A stretch of DNA of 38,216 bases from Pedosphaera sp. (lineage in GTDB: Bacteria > Verrucomicrobiota > Verrucomicrobiia > Limisphaerales > SXTU01), in contig SIBB01000001.1 of assembly GCA_009695395.1 (NCBI GenBank), positions 1-38,216 of the forward strand, in the 5' to 3' direction. The position numbers and the translations under genes were made by a program. Below the pieces are notes generated by a model that was given only the letters and a program-made list of their open reading frames with translations, ran no database searches and was not told the origin of the DNA. Positions 1 through 9,463 of this stretch are shown in pieces. The stretch's first letter is position 1. The number at the start of each line of letters is the position of its first letter.

Positions 1-585
1 GCCCAGTTGCGCGACGGCCTTTTTCTCCTCGGTGACCCACGTGTTCATGAAGAGCATCTGCTTTTGCACCGGGTCGTACGTGAAGCCCCACCACGTGTGC
101 GCGATGATCGCCGGGCCGCCCCGTTTGGTGATGAAAATGCCGTCCTTGAATTCCACGTCGCTGAAATCTTTGCCAAGCCCCGTGTAATCGCGCGCGTTGT
201 CCGGCGCGTACAGCATCACCCAGCTCATCGCGGCCAGATCGAATTCCCACACGTCGTTGATGCGATGCGGCACACCGTGGTTGGCGCCGCAGTAAAGCAC
301 GCGGCGGCGTTCCGGTGCCCAGACCATCTTGATGGTGAAGTCTCGTCCGCGCGGCCCGGTGCGTGGCAGCTCGAATTTCTTTGCCACCTCGTTGAAATCG
401 CCGAGCACCGCCGCCTTGCCCACGATGACGGCGTGGTTGGGTTTGAGCGCACGGATTTTCTCCAGCGCAGATTCATTGACGGCCAGCACCGGTTTGACCG
501 GCTCCGGCGCGGCGGCCCAAGCCTCGGTGGTGAACACGGCAAGGAGGGCGGCCAACAGCGGTTGGAGAATCAGGATGGATTTCAT
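1..585 (-). CDS. Secreted Kelch/galactose-oxidase-like beta-propeller protein (partial; C-terminal part lies outside the window)
   Basis: Absent from the ORF track because it has no stop inside the window. My own reverse-complement translation from 585 to 1 is open for all 195 codons. It reads MKSILILQPLLAALLAVFTTEAWA/AAPEP (signal peptide), then ...RVLYCGANHGVPHRINDVWEFDLAAMSWVMLYAPD... and ...HTWWGFTYDP..., which are Kelch-blade-like motifs. An alternative in-frame ATG lies at 597. It sits 22-34 nt downstream of the DUF1501 stop on the same strand. Confidence 0.6.
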   Translation of the reverse strand, partial: MKSILILQPLLAALLAVFTTEAWAAAPEPVKPVLAVNESALEKIRALKPNHAVIVGKAAVLGDFNEVAKKFELPRTGPRGRDFTIKMVWAPERRRVLYCGANHGVPHRINDVWEFDLAAMSWVMLYAPDNARDYTGLGKDFSDVEFKDGIFITKRGGPAIIAHTWWGFTYDPVQKQMLFMNTWVTEEKKAVAQLG

Positions 586-619
586 TTGGCCTTTCATGTT
601 GGGGACGGCGCGTCGCGTT

Positions 620-1996
620 TCAAGCGAGGATCTCCTGCACGACGCGGCCGTACACATCGGTCAGGCGATAGTCGCGGCCGCCGTGGCGGTAGGTCAGTTT
701 CTCGTGATCGAAGCCCATCAAGTGCAGAATCGTGGCGTGGAGATCGTGCACGTGGACTTTGTTCTGCACGGAGTGCCAGCCGAATTCGTCGGTGGCGCCG
801 TAGGTCATGCCGCCGCGAATGCCGCCGCCGGCCATCCACATGGTGAAGCCGAAGGGATGATGTTCGCGGCCGTCTTTTCCTTCAGCCGTCGGCGAGCGGC
901 CGAATTCGCCGCCCCACAACACGAGGGTGTCGTCGAGCATCCCGCGCGCTTTCAAGTCGGTGAGCAGCGCGGCGATGGGCTGATCCACGGCGCGGCAGCG
1001 TTTGGGCAGATTCTCGCGCAGTCCACCGTGATGATCCCACGCGTTGTTCACGGGCGCATCGAAGAGTTGCACGAAGCGCACGCCGCGTTCGACGAGCCGC
1101 CGCGCGAGCAGACATTGCCGGCCGAACATCTCGGTCGCAGGCTGATCAGTGCCGTAGAGCGCGTGCGTCGCCTGACTTTCGCGGCTGATGTCGAACGCCT
1201 CCGGAGCTTCGCGCTGCATGCGGAAGGCCAGTTCAAAGGAGGCGATGCGGGCGTCGAGCGGGCTGTCGATGACGCGGTCGCGTTTGTGGATTTCGTTCAG
1301 CGTGCGCAACGCGTCGAGCTTCGCGCGTTGCCGTTCCACGTTGCCGGAGGGGTCGCCCAGATTGGCGATGGGATTTTTCAGATCCCGCACGAGCGTCCCT
1401 TGAAAGGTGCTCGGCAGAAAACTGGACGCCCAAAGTTGCGCCCCTTGAAACACCGCCGCCGGACTGACGACGACAAAGCCCGGCAGGTTTTGATTCACCG
1501 TGCCCAGTCCGTACGTGAGCCACGATCCGATGCTCGGCCGCGAGAAGGCTTGCTCGCCGGTGCACATCTGCAGCGCGGCGCCGGTGTGGTTGATGTTGTC
1601 AGCGACCATCGAGCGGATGACGCAGATGTCGTCGATGCGCGAGGCCACGCGCGGCAGCAGTTCGCTGACCTCGACGCCCGAAGCGCCGTGCCGGGAAAAT
1701 TGCCACGGCGATGCCAGCAGGTTGCCGGTCTTGGTACGTTCGAGTTTTGGTTTTTCAAACGGCAACGGCTGGCCGTTGTCCACGCGCAGTCGCGGTTTGG
1801 GATCGAACAGGTCCACATGCGACGGACCGCCGGGCATGTACAGAAAGATGACGCGCTTGGCGCGCGGCGCGTGGGGTGGCGGGCGGACTGAATGCGGCTG
1901 CGTTGCGCGGTCGGGATTCGCGGCCGCCAACATTTCTGACAGCGCCATCAGGCCGAAGCCGCAACCGCTGCGCGCCAACATTTCGCGGCGCGTCAT
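620..1996 (-). CDS. DUF1501 domain protein (sulfatase/alkaline-phosphatase-like fold, Tat-exported)
   Basis: The track ORF is 620..1999; I prefer the ATG at 1996, since the track start at 1999 is GTG. It has a twin-arginine leader (MTRREMLARSGCGFGLMAL). DUF1501 hallmarks are present: VIFLYMPGGPSHVDLFDPKP, WDHH, LVLWGGEFGRSP, DGREHHP. The ATG overlaps the upstream stop by 1 nt (TGATG). Confidence 0.9.
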   Translation of the reverse strand: MTRREMLARSGCGFGLMALSEMLAAANPDRATQPHSVRPPPHAPRAKRVIFLYMPGGPSHVDLFDPKPRLRVDNGQPLPFEKPKLERTKTGNLLASPWQFSRHGASGVEVSELLPRVASRIDDICVIRSMVADNINHTGAALQMCTGEQAFSRPSIGSWLTYGLGTVNQNLPGFVVVSPAAVFQGAQLWASSFLPSTFQGTLVRDLKNPIANLGDPSGNVERQRAKLDALRTLNEIHKRDRVIDSPLDARIASFELAFRMQREAPEAFDISRESQATHALYGTDQPATEMFGRQCLLARRLVERGVRFVQLFDAPVNNAWDHHGGLRENLPKRCRAVDQPIAALLTDLKARGMLDDTLVLWGGEFGRSPTAEGKDGREHHPFGFTMWMAGGGIRGGMTYGATDEFGWHSVQNKVHVHDLHATILHLMGFDHEKLTYRHGGRDYRLTDVYGRVVQEILA

Positions 1997-4143
1997 CACG
2001 GAGTGATGATTGTTTTCGGGAGCAGTGCCGCCAACCGTTGCCGTCCGGCCTCGGTGAGTTTGGCGCGGTTGAGTTGCAGCTTGCGCAGGTTCGTCAGCTT
2101 CGCGAGGTGTTCGATGGACGCATCGGTGACGCCCGCCGAATCGAGCGTCAACTCTTCGAGCGTCTTCACGCCGGCCAGATGCTTCACGCCGGCGTCATCG
2201 AAAATGCCCGACACCAACATCAGCTTGCGCAGTTTGGGCAGGCGGCTGATTTGTTCCAACGCAAGATTGCTCGCGGCGCGATCGTAGATGTCCAACTCGT
2301 ACAACTCGCGGAGCTGGCCGAGAAACGGCAGCGCGCCCGCCGTCGTCTCCGGTCCGTGCACGTGCAGTTGCTGAAGGTTGACCAATCCGGCGAGATGTTT
2401 CAGCCCCGCATCGGTGACGTGTGTATGGACGATCTCCAGCCGCTTCAGGCTCGTGAGCTTGCCCATTGCCTCCAGCCCCGCATCGCTCGCGGGGGCGGAG
2501 TGCAGGTTGATGGACTCGAGTTGCTTCATGCCTTGCAGATGCGCGAAGCCCGAGCCGGTGATCTTCGATGCGCAGATCGTCATCCGTTTCATCTGCGTCA
2601 TCCCGGCGAGATGCTCGAACCCGCGATCGTCGCATGCCGTCAGGCAGAGGTTGAGCCGTTCGAGGTTGCGCAGTTCCTTGAGGTGGATCAGCCCGGCGCT
2701 GGTGACGGCGGTGCCCGACACTTCCAATCGCCGCAAAAGATTTTGTCCAGCCAGCAGCTTCAGCCAATCATCATTGACGCGATCCGACAGTTTTTTCGGT
2801 GTGGGTTCCTTGTGCCCGTCCGTGCGTTCGTTCAACTCGATCTCGACGATGCGGCCGAAGACCGGCAACGCCTCGTCACCGGCGATGGAACGCAACCAAT
2901 CCGGCGCGACGACCTCGAACGTCGCCTTGCCGCCGAGCCGTTTGATTTCGGCGAGCAACACGCGATCCTGTTGCGCCCGATGCGATGCAGCCTCGAATGC
3001 CGGCAAAAGCTTTTGCGTGTCGCTGCGCACTTGCGGATCGGTCAGGTTCGCCGTGAGCGCTTGCAGTTGCGTCCGCGCTGCGTCTTCAAACTTGCCACTT
3101 TCAACTTTCGCATCGGCGGCGACCTTCGCGATCTGCCGCAGCGCAGCCGCATCGGCGTGCGACCGCAGCGGCACGACATTCAAGTGCCGCGCGATCGGCA
3201 GCGGTTTGCCCGGATGCCCCGCGAACCCTTTCACGCCGACCTTCGCGTGGAACACGCCGGGCGGTTCGCCCGTGGTGCAAAAAATCTCATCGTGATTCAC
3301 ACCGCCAAACGCGATGTTGCTGACGACCTTGCTGGGCAGCGGCAGGTACGCGAGCACTTTGGCGTCGGGACTGAGCACCGTGATGCGGCCGGTCTTCGTG
3401 TCGGGCCGATGAAAGTCCGCGACCCACAGATTGCCCGCCGCATCAAACGCGCAGCCATCGCCGCCTGATCCGCCGAGGTCGTAAAACACTTCCGGCTTGC
3501 CCAGCAGTTCATTGTCGGCGGGCAACGCGTAGCGCAGGATTTTCTTCGACTGCGATTCGATGACGAAGAGATGTTTGCTGGCGGGATCCACCTCGATACC
3601 GTTTGGAAACGCGAGTCCCGTGGCGATACGATCCACGCGGCCATCGGGGCGCACGCGGTACAATCGCCCGACGGGTGTCGCCAGTGACGACCCTTCCGGA
3701 TCGGTCCAGTAAACATTGCCGCGCGCGTCCACGGTCAGGTCGTTGAGGCTCGCAAGCGTCTCCATCTCGAAACGCTCGGCCACCACGCCCAGCTTTCCGT
3801 CGGGCGCGAGGTCGAGCAGCGCTTTGTGTTTGTTGTCGCAGATGAGCAAGTGCCCGTTGCCGAGCAGCACCGTTCCCGCCGGGCCGATCTCCAGATATTT
3901 GTGGACCTGTCGCGGCGCGGTCACCCGCAGTAATGCGCCGCTGCAAAAGAACACGCTGCCCTCGCGCCACGTCGGCCCTTCGGAATAACCGGGCGCTTCG
4001 GCGTAGTGATCGAACTTCACGTTGGCCAGTCGCTGCGCCAATGCGCCGGTCGGTTCCGCAGCGTGCGCGGACAGCATTAGCGATCCGAGGGCGAACAACG
4101 CGGTGGCAATTTTCAGAGGTTGCATTCGTGGGGTGCGCGTCAT
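1996..4143 (-). CDS. Secreted fusion protein: SMP-30/gluconolactonase/LRE-like beta-propeller (N-terminal) plus leucine-rich-repeat domain (C-terminal)
   Basis: The track ORF is 1996..4236. I trim the start to the ATG at 4143 (MTRTPRMQPLKIATALFALGSLMLSAHAAEP, a signal peptide) because the upstream gene stops at 4151. SGL-like motifs are present: GPTWREGSVFF, NDLTVDARGNVYWTDP, GLAFPNGIEVD, GGDGCAFDAAGNLWVA. The C-terminus is an LRR array. Confidence 0.8.
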   Translation of the reverse strand: MTRTPRMQPLKIATALFALGSLMLSAHAAEPTGALAQRLANVKFDHYAEAPGYSEGPTWREGSVFFCSGALLRVTAPRQVHKYLEIGPAGTVLLGNGHLLICDNKHKALLDLAPDGKLGVVAERFEMETLASLNDLTVDARGNVYWTDPEGSSLATPVGRLYRVRPDGRVDRIATGLAFPNGIEVDPASKHLFVIESQSKKILRYALPADNELLGKPEVFYDLGGSGGDGCAFDAAGNLWVADFHRPDTKTGRITVLSPDAKVLAYLPLPSKVVSNIAFGGVNHDEIFCTTGEPPGVFHAKVGVKGFAGHPGKPLPIARHLNVVPLRSHADAAALRQIAKVAADAKVESGKFEDAARTQLQALTANLTDPQVRSDTQKLLPAFEAASHRAQQDRVLLAEIKRLGGKATFEVVAPDWLRSIAGDEALPVFGRIVEIELNERTDGHKEPTPKKLSDRVNDDWLKLLAGQNLLRRLEVSGTAVTSAGLIHLKELRNLERLNLCLTACDDRGFEHLAGMTQMKRMTICASKITGSGFAHLQGMKQLESINLHSAPASDAGLEAMGKLTSLKRLEIVHTHVTDAGLKHLAGLVNLQQLHVHGPETTAGALPFLGQLRELYELDIYDRAASNLALEQISRLPKLRKLMLVSGIFDDAGVKHLAGVKTLEELTLDSAGVTDASIEHLAKLTNLRKLQLNRAKLTEAGRQRLAALLPKTIITP
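1999..2739 (-). repeat. About ten consecutive 24-residue leucine-rich repeats (coding repeat inside the SGL-LRR gene)
   Basis: Hand segmentation gives exact 24-aa periodicity. Examples: LKELRNLERLNLCLTACDDRGFEH / LAGMTQMKRMTICASKITGSGFAH / LQGMKQLESINLHSAPASDAGLEA / MGKLTSLKRLEIVHTHVTDAGLKH / LAGLVNLQQLHVHGPETTAGALPF / ... / LAGVKTLEELTLDSAGVTDASIEH. Confidence 0.8.
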
Positions 4144-4150
4144 TTGGAGT

Positions 4151-6217
4151 TCAATCAACATACACAAATTCATTACTGCACAGCAGCACGTGCGCGAGGT
4201 CGGCCCAGCGGGACTGCGGGCTGGCTCGGCCGCCATGCGCCACGAGCTGTCGCGCGATGGCCAACTCCTCCGCGTTGGCCGTGCGACTGAAGAGCAGGCG
4301 ATAGGCGTGGTGGATTCGCGCGTCGTTCACTTTCGCGTCGTCGCCCGGCACATCACGAATCAGGCGATCGGCAAGATGCTTTGCCTGCTCGATCGTGAAG
4401 CTGTTGTTGAGAAGAAAGAGTGCCTGCGGGGCGACGGTGCTGACGTTGCGCGTTTCATCGGAAGCATCGGGATTGGCGGCATCAAACAGCGTGGCGAAAC
4501 TGCTGCGATCCCAGCGGGCCGTTTGTATGTACAGCGATCGGCGTGAGGATGACAATTCGGCATTCGCGGGTCCGGCGGGATTCAAGTCCAGTCGCCCCGC
4601 CACGAACAGCGCGGCGTCCCGGATGGATTCAGCCTCCAACCGGCGCGCAGCGAATCGGCCAAGCCAGCGATTGTCCGGATCCTGCGCGATGACCTTGCGC
4701 GGCGCCGCGCTGGATTGCCGGTACGTCGCCGAAAGCAGGATGCGGCGGTGCAGTTTTTTCAGCGACCAACCTTCCTCAACGAACTTTGCGGCGAGCCAGT
4801 CGAGCAACGCCGGATGCGACGGCGGCTCGGACATCAGCCCGAAATTGTTGGGCGTGTTCACGAGGCCCGCGCCGAAATGCCATTGCCACACGCGATTGAC
4901 GGCGACGCGCGCCGTGAGCGGATTATTCTTTGACGCGACCCAGTCCGCCAACTCTCGCCGGCCGCTGCCGGTGGCAATCGGCGGTTGTTTGTCGCGGGCG
5001 AAGAACGCGGGCATCCGTCGCGGCACCACGGGGCCCAGTCGCGTGTAACTGCCGCGGATGTGCAGCGGCACATCTTGGATGCCAGTAAAAAGTCCGCCGG
5101 GAACAGCGCCGTCGCTCACGGCCAACGCCACGGGCGGTTCGGGCAGCAACTCTTTCTGCAACCGGTCGCGTTGTTCCATCAAGGCGCGCCGCGCGGGATC
5201 TTCGGGCGGCGGTTTGGGCGTCGCTTTGTCCAACGCTGCGAGCTTCGCCGTCAAGTCGGCGATCTGCTTCACCTGTTGATTGCGTTTCTCGATCATCTCC
5301 ATCGGCACCAACGGCCGACGTTGCAGCGTGATCTCGCCACCCTTTGTCCCCAGTTCCTTGAGCATGCGCGTGCTGTAAAAAATTCCGGCCAACCCATAAT
5401 AATCCTGCTGCGAAACCGGATCGAACTTGTGATCGTGACAACGCGCGCAACCGAGCGTCAATCCCATGAACGCCTTGCCGACCGTGTCGATCTGGTCATC
5501 CACCATGTCGCTCACCATCTTTTCCTTGTCCGCATCGCCGCGATCCCAAGCACCGTTGACGAGGAACGTCGTGGCGATCAAACCGCCGGCGTACGGCACC
5601 TTGCCATCCGGCGCGGAGAGGAGGTCGCCCGCGATTTGGTGCACGATGAATTGATCGAAAGGCAGATCGCGATTAAACGACTCCGCCACCCAGTCGCGAT
5701 ACCGCCACGCTTCGAGCGGTTCGCAAACCGGGTTCCGAGCCTTCGCATCCGCGTCGTGATAATCCGCGTAGCGCGCCACATCGAGCCAGTGCCGAGCCCA
5801 GTGCTGGCCATACGCGGACGAAGCCAGCAACCGATCCACCACGCGCCCTTCGGCCGCATCGGATTTGTCCGCGAGAAAAGTATCCACCTCCGCAGGCGTT
5901 GGCGGCAGGCCCGTCAAATCAAACGTCGCACGGCGCAGCCACGTCCGCCGATCCGCCGCGGGCGCAGGCTGCATTTTGTGCGCCTCCAATTCTGCCGCGA
6001 TGAAGCGGTCAATCTCATTGCGCGGCCACGATTTGTTTTTGACACCGGGAACGGGCCGCGACTTGACCGGCTGAAACGCCCACCACTTCTGCTGCGCCGG
6101 AGTTGCCTGAAAACCGCCGTCCTGCACCGCAGCGCCTGCAGGCAACAAAGAAAATCCGGACACGAGCAGCGACATCCACAAGCGGACGCTTGCATCAATG
6201 TCTTGAGACGGGGTCAT
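4151..6217 (-). CDS. DUF1549 (PSCyt2) + DUF1553 (PSD1) domain protein
   Basis: The track ORF is 4151..6283. The start is uncertain (6283, 6217 or 6175); 6217 gives MTPSQDIDASVRLWMSLLVSGFSLLPAGAAV. The DUF1549 signature is WAFQPVKSRPVPGVKNKSWPRNEIDRFIAAELE...ADRRTWLRRATFDLTGLPPTPAEVDTFL. The central motif is GLTLGCARCHDHKFDP. The DUF1553-type C-terminus ends in LLCSNEFVYVD. It lies 13-80 nt downstream of the sulfatase stop. Confidence 0.9.
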   Translation of the reverse strand: MTPSQDIDASVRLWMSLLVSGFSLLPAGAAVQDGGFQATPAQQKWWAFQPVKSRPVPGVKNKSWPRNEIDRFIAAELEAHKMQPAPAADRRTWLRRATFDLTGLPPTPAEVDTFLADKSDAAEGRVVDRLLASSAYGQHWARHWLDVARYADYHDADAKARNPVCEPLEAWRYRDWVAESFNRDLPFDQFIVHQIAGDLLSAPDGKVPYAGGLIATTFLVNGAWDRGDADKEKMVSDMVDDQIDTVGKAFMGLTLGCARCHDHKFDPVSQQDYYGLAGIFYSTRMLKELGTKGGEITLQRRPLVPMEMIEKRNQQVKQIADLTAKLAALDKATPKPPPEDPARRALMEQRDRLQKELLPEPPVALAVSDGAVPGGLFTGIQDVPLHIRGSYTRLGPVVPRRMPAFFARDKQPPIATGSGRRELADWVASKNNPLTARVAVNRVWQWHFGAGLVNTPNNFGLMSEPPSHPALLDWLAAKFVEEGWSLKKLHRRILLSATYRQSSAAPRKVIAQDPDNRWLGRFAARRLEAESIRDAALFVAGRLDLNPAGPANAELSSSRRSLYIQTARWDRSSFATLFDAANPDASDETRNVSTVAPQALFLLNNSFTIEQAKHLADRLIRDVPGDDAKVNDARIHHAYRLLFSRTANAEELAIARQLVAHGGRASPQSRWADLAHVLLCSNEFVYVD

Positions 6218-6296
6218 CGGTACAATTCGGCATCGCCAACGCCGACTCGTCAACCACCGAGTTGCGAGTCCAGCAATGGTCACGCTCGGCGAATGG

Positions 6297-8120
6297 TCAG
6301 GGTTTCAGCGTGAGCATCACCTGCCGCACGTCCATCACGCTCTGGCCGGGGATTTCCAGCGCGCGCAATGTGAGCAGGCCGCGTCCTTTTTCGAGGCGGA
6401 TGTTTCCAAGGTGCAGCGGGCGAAATTCCTTCATCTTCGACTCGGCGGGCGGGCGCGGAATCGTGTCTTGATTCTCATACAGAGCCGGGTTCCACGCGGG
6501 CGCGACTTTGCCGGCGAGCTTGCTGCCGTTGAAACCGAGTTCAACTGTCGCGCCAGATTCGGCGGCGGTGTAATAAAGGGTCACGTCGTAATGGCCTGTC
6601 GTGTTCACAGCGATGTCCCACGTCATCTTGTCGTCCACGGATTTCCAGTTCACGAAATAGGAACAGTTCGGCGCAGGCGCGCTGCGCTTGATGCCGCCTT
6701 GCGCCACACCATCGCGCGCGGGCAAAGGCGTGACGGGAAACTCTGCGTAGCCGACTGGAAACGGCCGGTCATCCGGCAGCAATCCCAGCGACTTGGCTTT
6801 GCCCTTTACGGTCAACGCAGATGTTGCGTCGCGTCCCAACACGTCTTTGCGCCAAGCAGCGACGGCGGCGGCGAACGTCGCAGCGACCTCGGGTTTCGCA
6901 GCCGCGATGTCCTTCGTCTGGCCGGGATCGGCGGTCATGTCGAAGAGCGCACTGCTGTTGTCGTAGCGATATTGCTGAGAGCGCGCGCTGATGTTGCCGT
7001 TCTGGTGTGAGAAAATCATGCGGCTCGGCCAGCCGCGCTGTTGCTTGCCGAGAAGCAGCGGAGAAAGATTTTGCCCATCGAGCGGTTTGTCGCCAACGCG
7101 TTTCACACCAGCCAGTGCGCTCAGCGTTGGCAGAAGATCAATCGCGCCAGCAATCTCGCGGACGACTGTGCCGGCCTGAATGCCGCCGCCGGGCCACCGG
7201 ATGAAAAACGTCGAGCGCACGCCGCCTTCGTCGGCCGAGCCTTTGCGTCCCTTCATGCCGCCGTTCCAACGCCACGAGTTCGGCCCATTATCGGAGAAGT
7301 AAATGACGATGGTGCTGTCGGCGAGCTTGAGTTCATCGAGGCGCTTGAGTACGCGGCCCACGTTCCAGTCGAGGTTTGCCACCATCGCGAGCGCGCAACG
7401 CGTCTCGGCCAGAGTTTCCTTTTCGCCGTCCTGACCGCGCAACGCAATGGGCTGATCCTTGAATGCCTGCCAGAACTTTTCCGGCACGGCCCACGGTGAG
7501 TGCGGCGTGTTGAATGGCACGTAGCAGAAGAAGGGCTTCGCTTGGTTCCGCTCGATGAACTGCAGCGCGTGGTCGGTGAAGTCGTCGGCGATGAAGCCTT
7601 TTCCACGAACCATCTTTCCGTTGTGTTCGAGCGGAGGGTCAAAGTATTCGCCCCAGTGACCGGAGGTGAAGCCGTAGTATTCGTCGAAGCCGCGCGCATT
7701 GGGATGATACGGCCACTGGCTGCCGTTGTGCCATTTGCCAAACGCGCCGGTCGCATAGCCCGCCGCCTTGAACGCGTCGGCGATTGTTTTCTCGTCGAGG
7801 TTCAGACGCTCTTGTCCCGTCGAGACGCCGCGCACACCGCCACGCGGATGGTAGCGGCCCGTGAGAAATTCCGCCCGCGTCGGTGCGCACACGGAGCAGA
7901 CATAGAAGCGATCCAGCGACGCGCCCGCGCGCCCGATGGAATCAATGTGGGGAGTCTTGAGATTCGTGTTGCCGTTGAAGCTGTAGTCGCCCCAGCCCGA
8001 ATCGTCCGCGAGCAGGATGACAATGTTCGGCCGACGAACGGGTTCAGCACCGAACGAATGGAGGGTGTGGAAACAGGCAGCCGCAAGCACGAGCAGACGG
8101 AAAAGAGCGGTCCGGTTCAT
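6297..8120 (-). CDS. Formylglycine-dependent sulfatase (arylsulfatase family) with C-terminal beta-sandwich (CBM-like) domain
   Basis: Signal peptide MNRTALFRLLVLAAACFHTLHSFGA. Sulfatase N-terminus: PNIVILLADDSGWGD. The CxPxR formylglycine motif is C78-A-P-T-R, followed by AEFLTGR (nt about 7875-7889). Other motifs are GKWH and YFSDNGP. The last ~130 aa (...WDIAVNTTGHYDVTLYYTAAESGATVELGF...) look like the carbohydrate-binding-like tail common on PVC sulfatases. Confidence 0.9.
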   Translation of the reverse strand: MNRTALFRLLVLAAACFHTLHSFGAEPVRRPNIVILLADDSGWGDYSFNGNTNLKTPHIDSIGRAGASLDRFYVCSVCAPTRAEFLTGRYHPRGGVRGVSTGQERLNLDEKTIADAFKAAGYATGAFGKWHNGSQWPYHPNARGFDEYYGFTSGHWGEYFDPPLEHNGKMVRGKGFIADDFTDHALQFIERNQAKPFFCYVPFNTPHSPWAVPEKFWQAFKDQPIALRGQDGEKETLAETRCALAMVANLDWNVGRVLKRLDELKLADSTIVIYFSDNGPNSWRWNGGMKGRKGSADEGGVRSTFFIRWPGGGIQAGTVVREIAGAIDLLPTLSALAGVKRVGDKPLDGQNLSPLLLGKQQRGWPSRMIFSHQNGNISARSQQYRYDNSSALFDMTADPGQTKDIAAAKPEVAATFAAAVAAWRKDVLGRDATSALTVKGKAKSLGLLPDDRPFPVGYAEFPVTPLPARDGVAQGGIKRSAPAPNCSYFVNWKSVDDKMTWDIAVNTTGHYDVTLYYTAAESGATVELGFNGSKLAGKVAPAWNPALYENQDTIPRPPAESKMKEFRPLHLGNIRLEKGRGLLTLRALEIPGQSVMDVRQVMLTLKP

Positions 8121-8157
8121 AGGTGAAAACAGTTGGAAGCGTAAGCATCCACGGACT

Positions 8158-8179
8158 CGCTCGCGAGCGCAAATTTGCG
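8158..8179. promoter_or_regulatory. Two abutting perfect 12-bp palindromes in the DUF1501-sulfatase spacer
   Basis: CGCTCGCGAGCG lies at 8158-8169 and CGCAAATTTGCG at 8168-8179; I read them directly. They lie in the only sizeable (64 nt) gap of the minus-strand gene block. The role is unknown: operator, RNA hairpin or attenuator. Confidence 0.25.
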
Positions 8180-8184
8180 TTCAA

Positions 8185-9456
8185 CTACGCCAACTCGAAG
8201 CCGGGGATGGTGCCGGTGCTGGAGCCGAAGGTGTTCACGTCCGCGCCGAGGCGGCGCAGGAATTGCACGTAGAGATTCGAGAGCGGCGGGTTCTTTTTCG
8301 GATCGAACGCAAGATGCTGGCCGTGCCGGAAGCCGCCACCCGCGACGAGGATCGGCAGGTTCTTGTTGTCGTGGCTACTGGCGTTGCCGAGGTTGCTGCC
8401 GAACATCACGATGGTGCGGTCGAGCAAATTGCCGCCCTGTTCCTGCGTGCCTTTGAGTCTCGCCAGCAGTTCGCCGAAGAGTTTCATCTGCTGGATTTCG
8501 AGAACCTTCAGCTCAGTGAGCTTTGCCGGATCCTGACCGTGGTGCGAGAGGTTGTGCCAATCCTGTGTGACGCCCGCAATGACGGGCACGGCGTTGAGAC
8601 CGTTCAACGCGAAGGTGATAAAACGCGTCGAGTCGGTCTGCAACGCGAGGTGCATCAGATCAATCATCAGCCGCACGCGCGCGGGCACTTCGACGGAACT
8701 GGCGATGTCCACGGGCGGCTTTGCGGCGACCTTCGGCTTCGGACGGCGCGCCCAGTCCTGCGCCTTGATCATGCGCAGCTCGACCTCGCGGACGGATGTG
8801 AAGTATTCGTCGAGCTTGTCGCGGTCGGGTTTGCCGAGGCCGCGCTGGAAATCTTTCGCCTCCGCCATCACGGCATCCATGATGCTCTGGCCTTGTTTCA
8901 AGCGCTGCACCTGCGCGTTCACTTCGTTGGCTGTGCCGTCCACGAACATGTTTTTGAACACACGCGACGGGCGTTCATCTGCGGGAATCGGCACGCCGCT
9001 GCGTGTGAATGAAAGGCCGCGGCTGGATGACGACGCGAGTGTGAGCGAGCCGAAGCGCGTGTCGGGCACGAGCTGTTCGATGGCGTATTGATCGAGCGAG
9101 ATGGTGTTCTTGAAATTGTCGGCGCGCGGATGCGGCGCGGCGGTGAGGTAACACAACTCGGCCGGATGCCCGCCGTCCACCTCGGGATGCGAGAGGCCGG
9201 AGAAGACCGTGAAGTCGCTGCGGAACTCGCGGAGCGGTTCGAGATACGGCGTCAACTCGTAGTCGCGTCCCGCTTTGCCCGGAAACAAATTCGGCGTGTG
9301 CAGACCCAGCGTGGTGTTGATGCAGATCATCCGGCGCGGCGGCTGACTTGCAGCCTGCGCGCGCAGCGGCACCATGGATTCCAGCAGCGGCAGTGCGAGC
9401 GTGACACCTGCGCCGCGAAGGAACGTGCGGCGTGAGAAGCGTTGGGGAGTAGTCAT
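8185..9456 (-). CDS. DUF1501 domain protein (Tat-exported), partner of the upstream DUF1592 protein
   Basis: The track ORF is 8185..9501. I trim the start to the ATG at 9456 because the upstream gene stops at 9464. Tat motif: MTTPQRFSRRTFLRGAGVTLALPLL. Family motifs: HPEVDGGHPAELCYLTAAPHP, HNLSHHG, MFGSNLGNASSHDNKNLPILVAGGGF. Confidence 0.9.
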   Translation of the reverse strand: MTTPQRFSRRTFLRGAGVTLALPLLESMVPLRAQAASQPPRRMICINTTLGLHTPNLFPGKAGRDYELTPYLEPLREFRSDFTVFSGLSHPEVDGGHPAELCYLTAAPHPRADNFKNTISLDQYAIEQLVPDTRFGSLTLASSSSRGLSFTRSGVPIPADERPSRVFKNMFVDGTANEVNAQVQRLKQGQSIMDAVMAEAKDFQRGLGKPDRDKLDEYFTSVREVELRMIKAQDWARRPKPKVAAKPPVDIASSVEVPARVRLMIDLMHLALQTDSTRFITFALNGLNAVPVIAGVTQDWHNLSHHGQDPAKLTELKVLEIQQMKLFGELLARLKGTQEQGGNLLDRTIVMFGSNLGNASSHDNKNLPILVAGGGFRHGQHLAFDPKKNPPLSNLYVQFLRRLGADVNTFGSSTGTIPGFELA

Positions 9457-9463
9457 GATGGGT

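Noticed and set aside
4144-4236. N-terminal extension of the SGL-LRR ORF (MAAEPARSPAGPTSRTCCCAVMNLCMLIELQ).
   Set aside because: It overlaps the 3' end of the DUF1553 gene (stop at 4151). The signal peptide follows the ATG at 4143.
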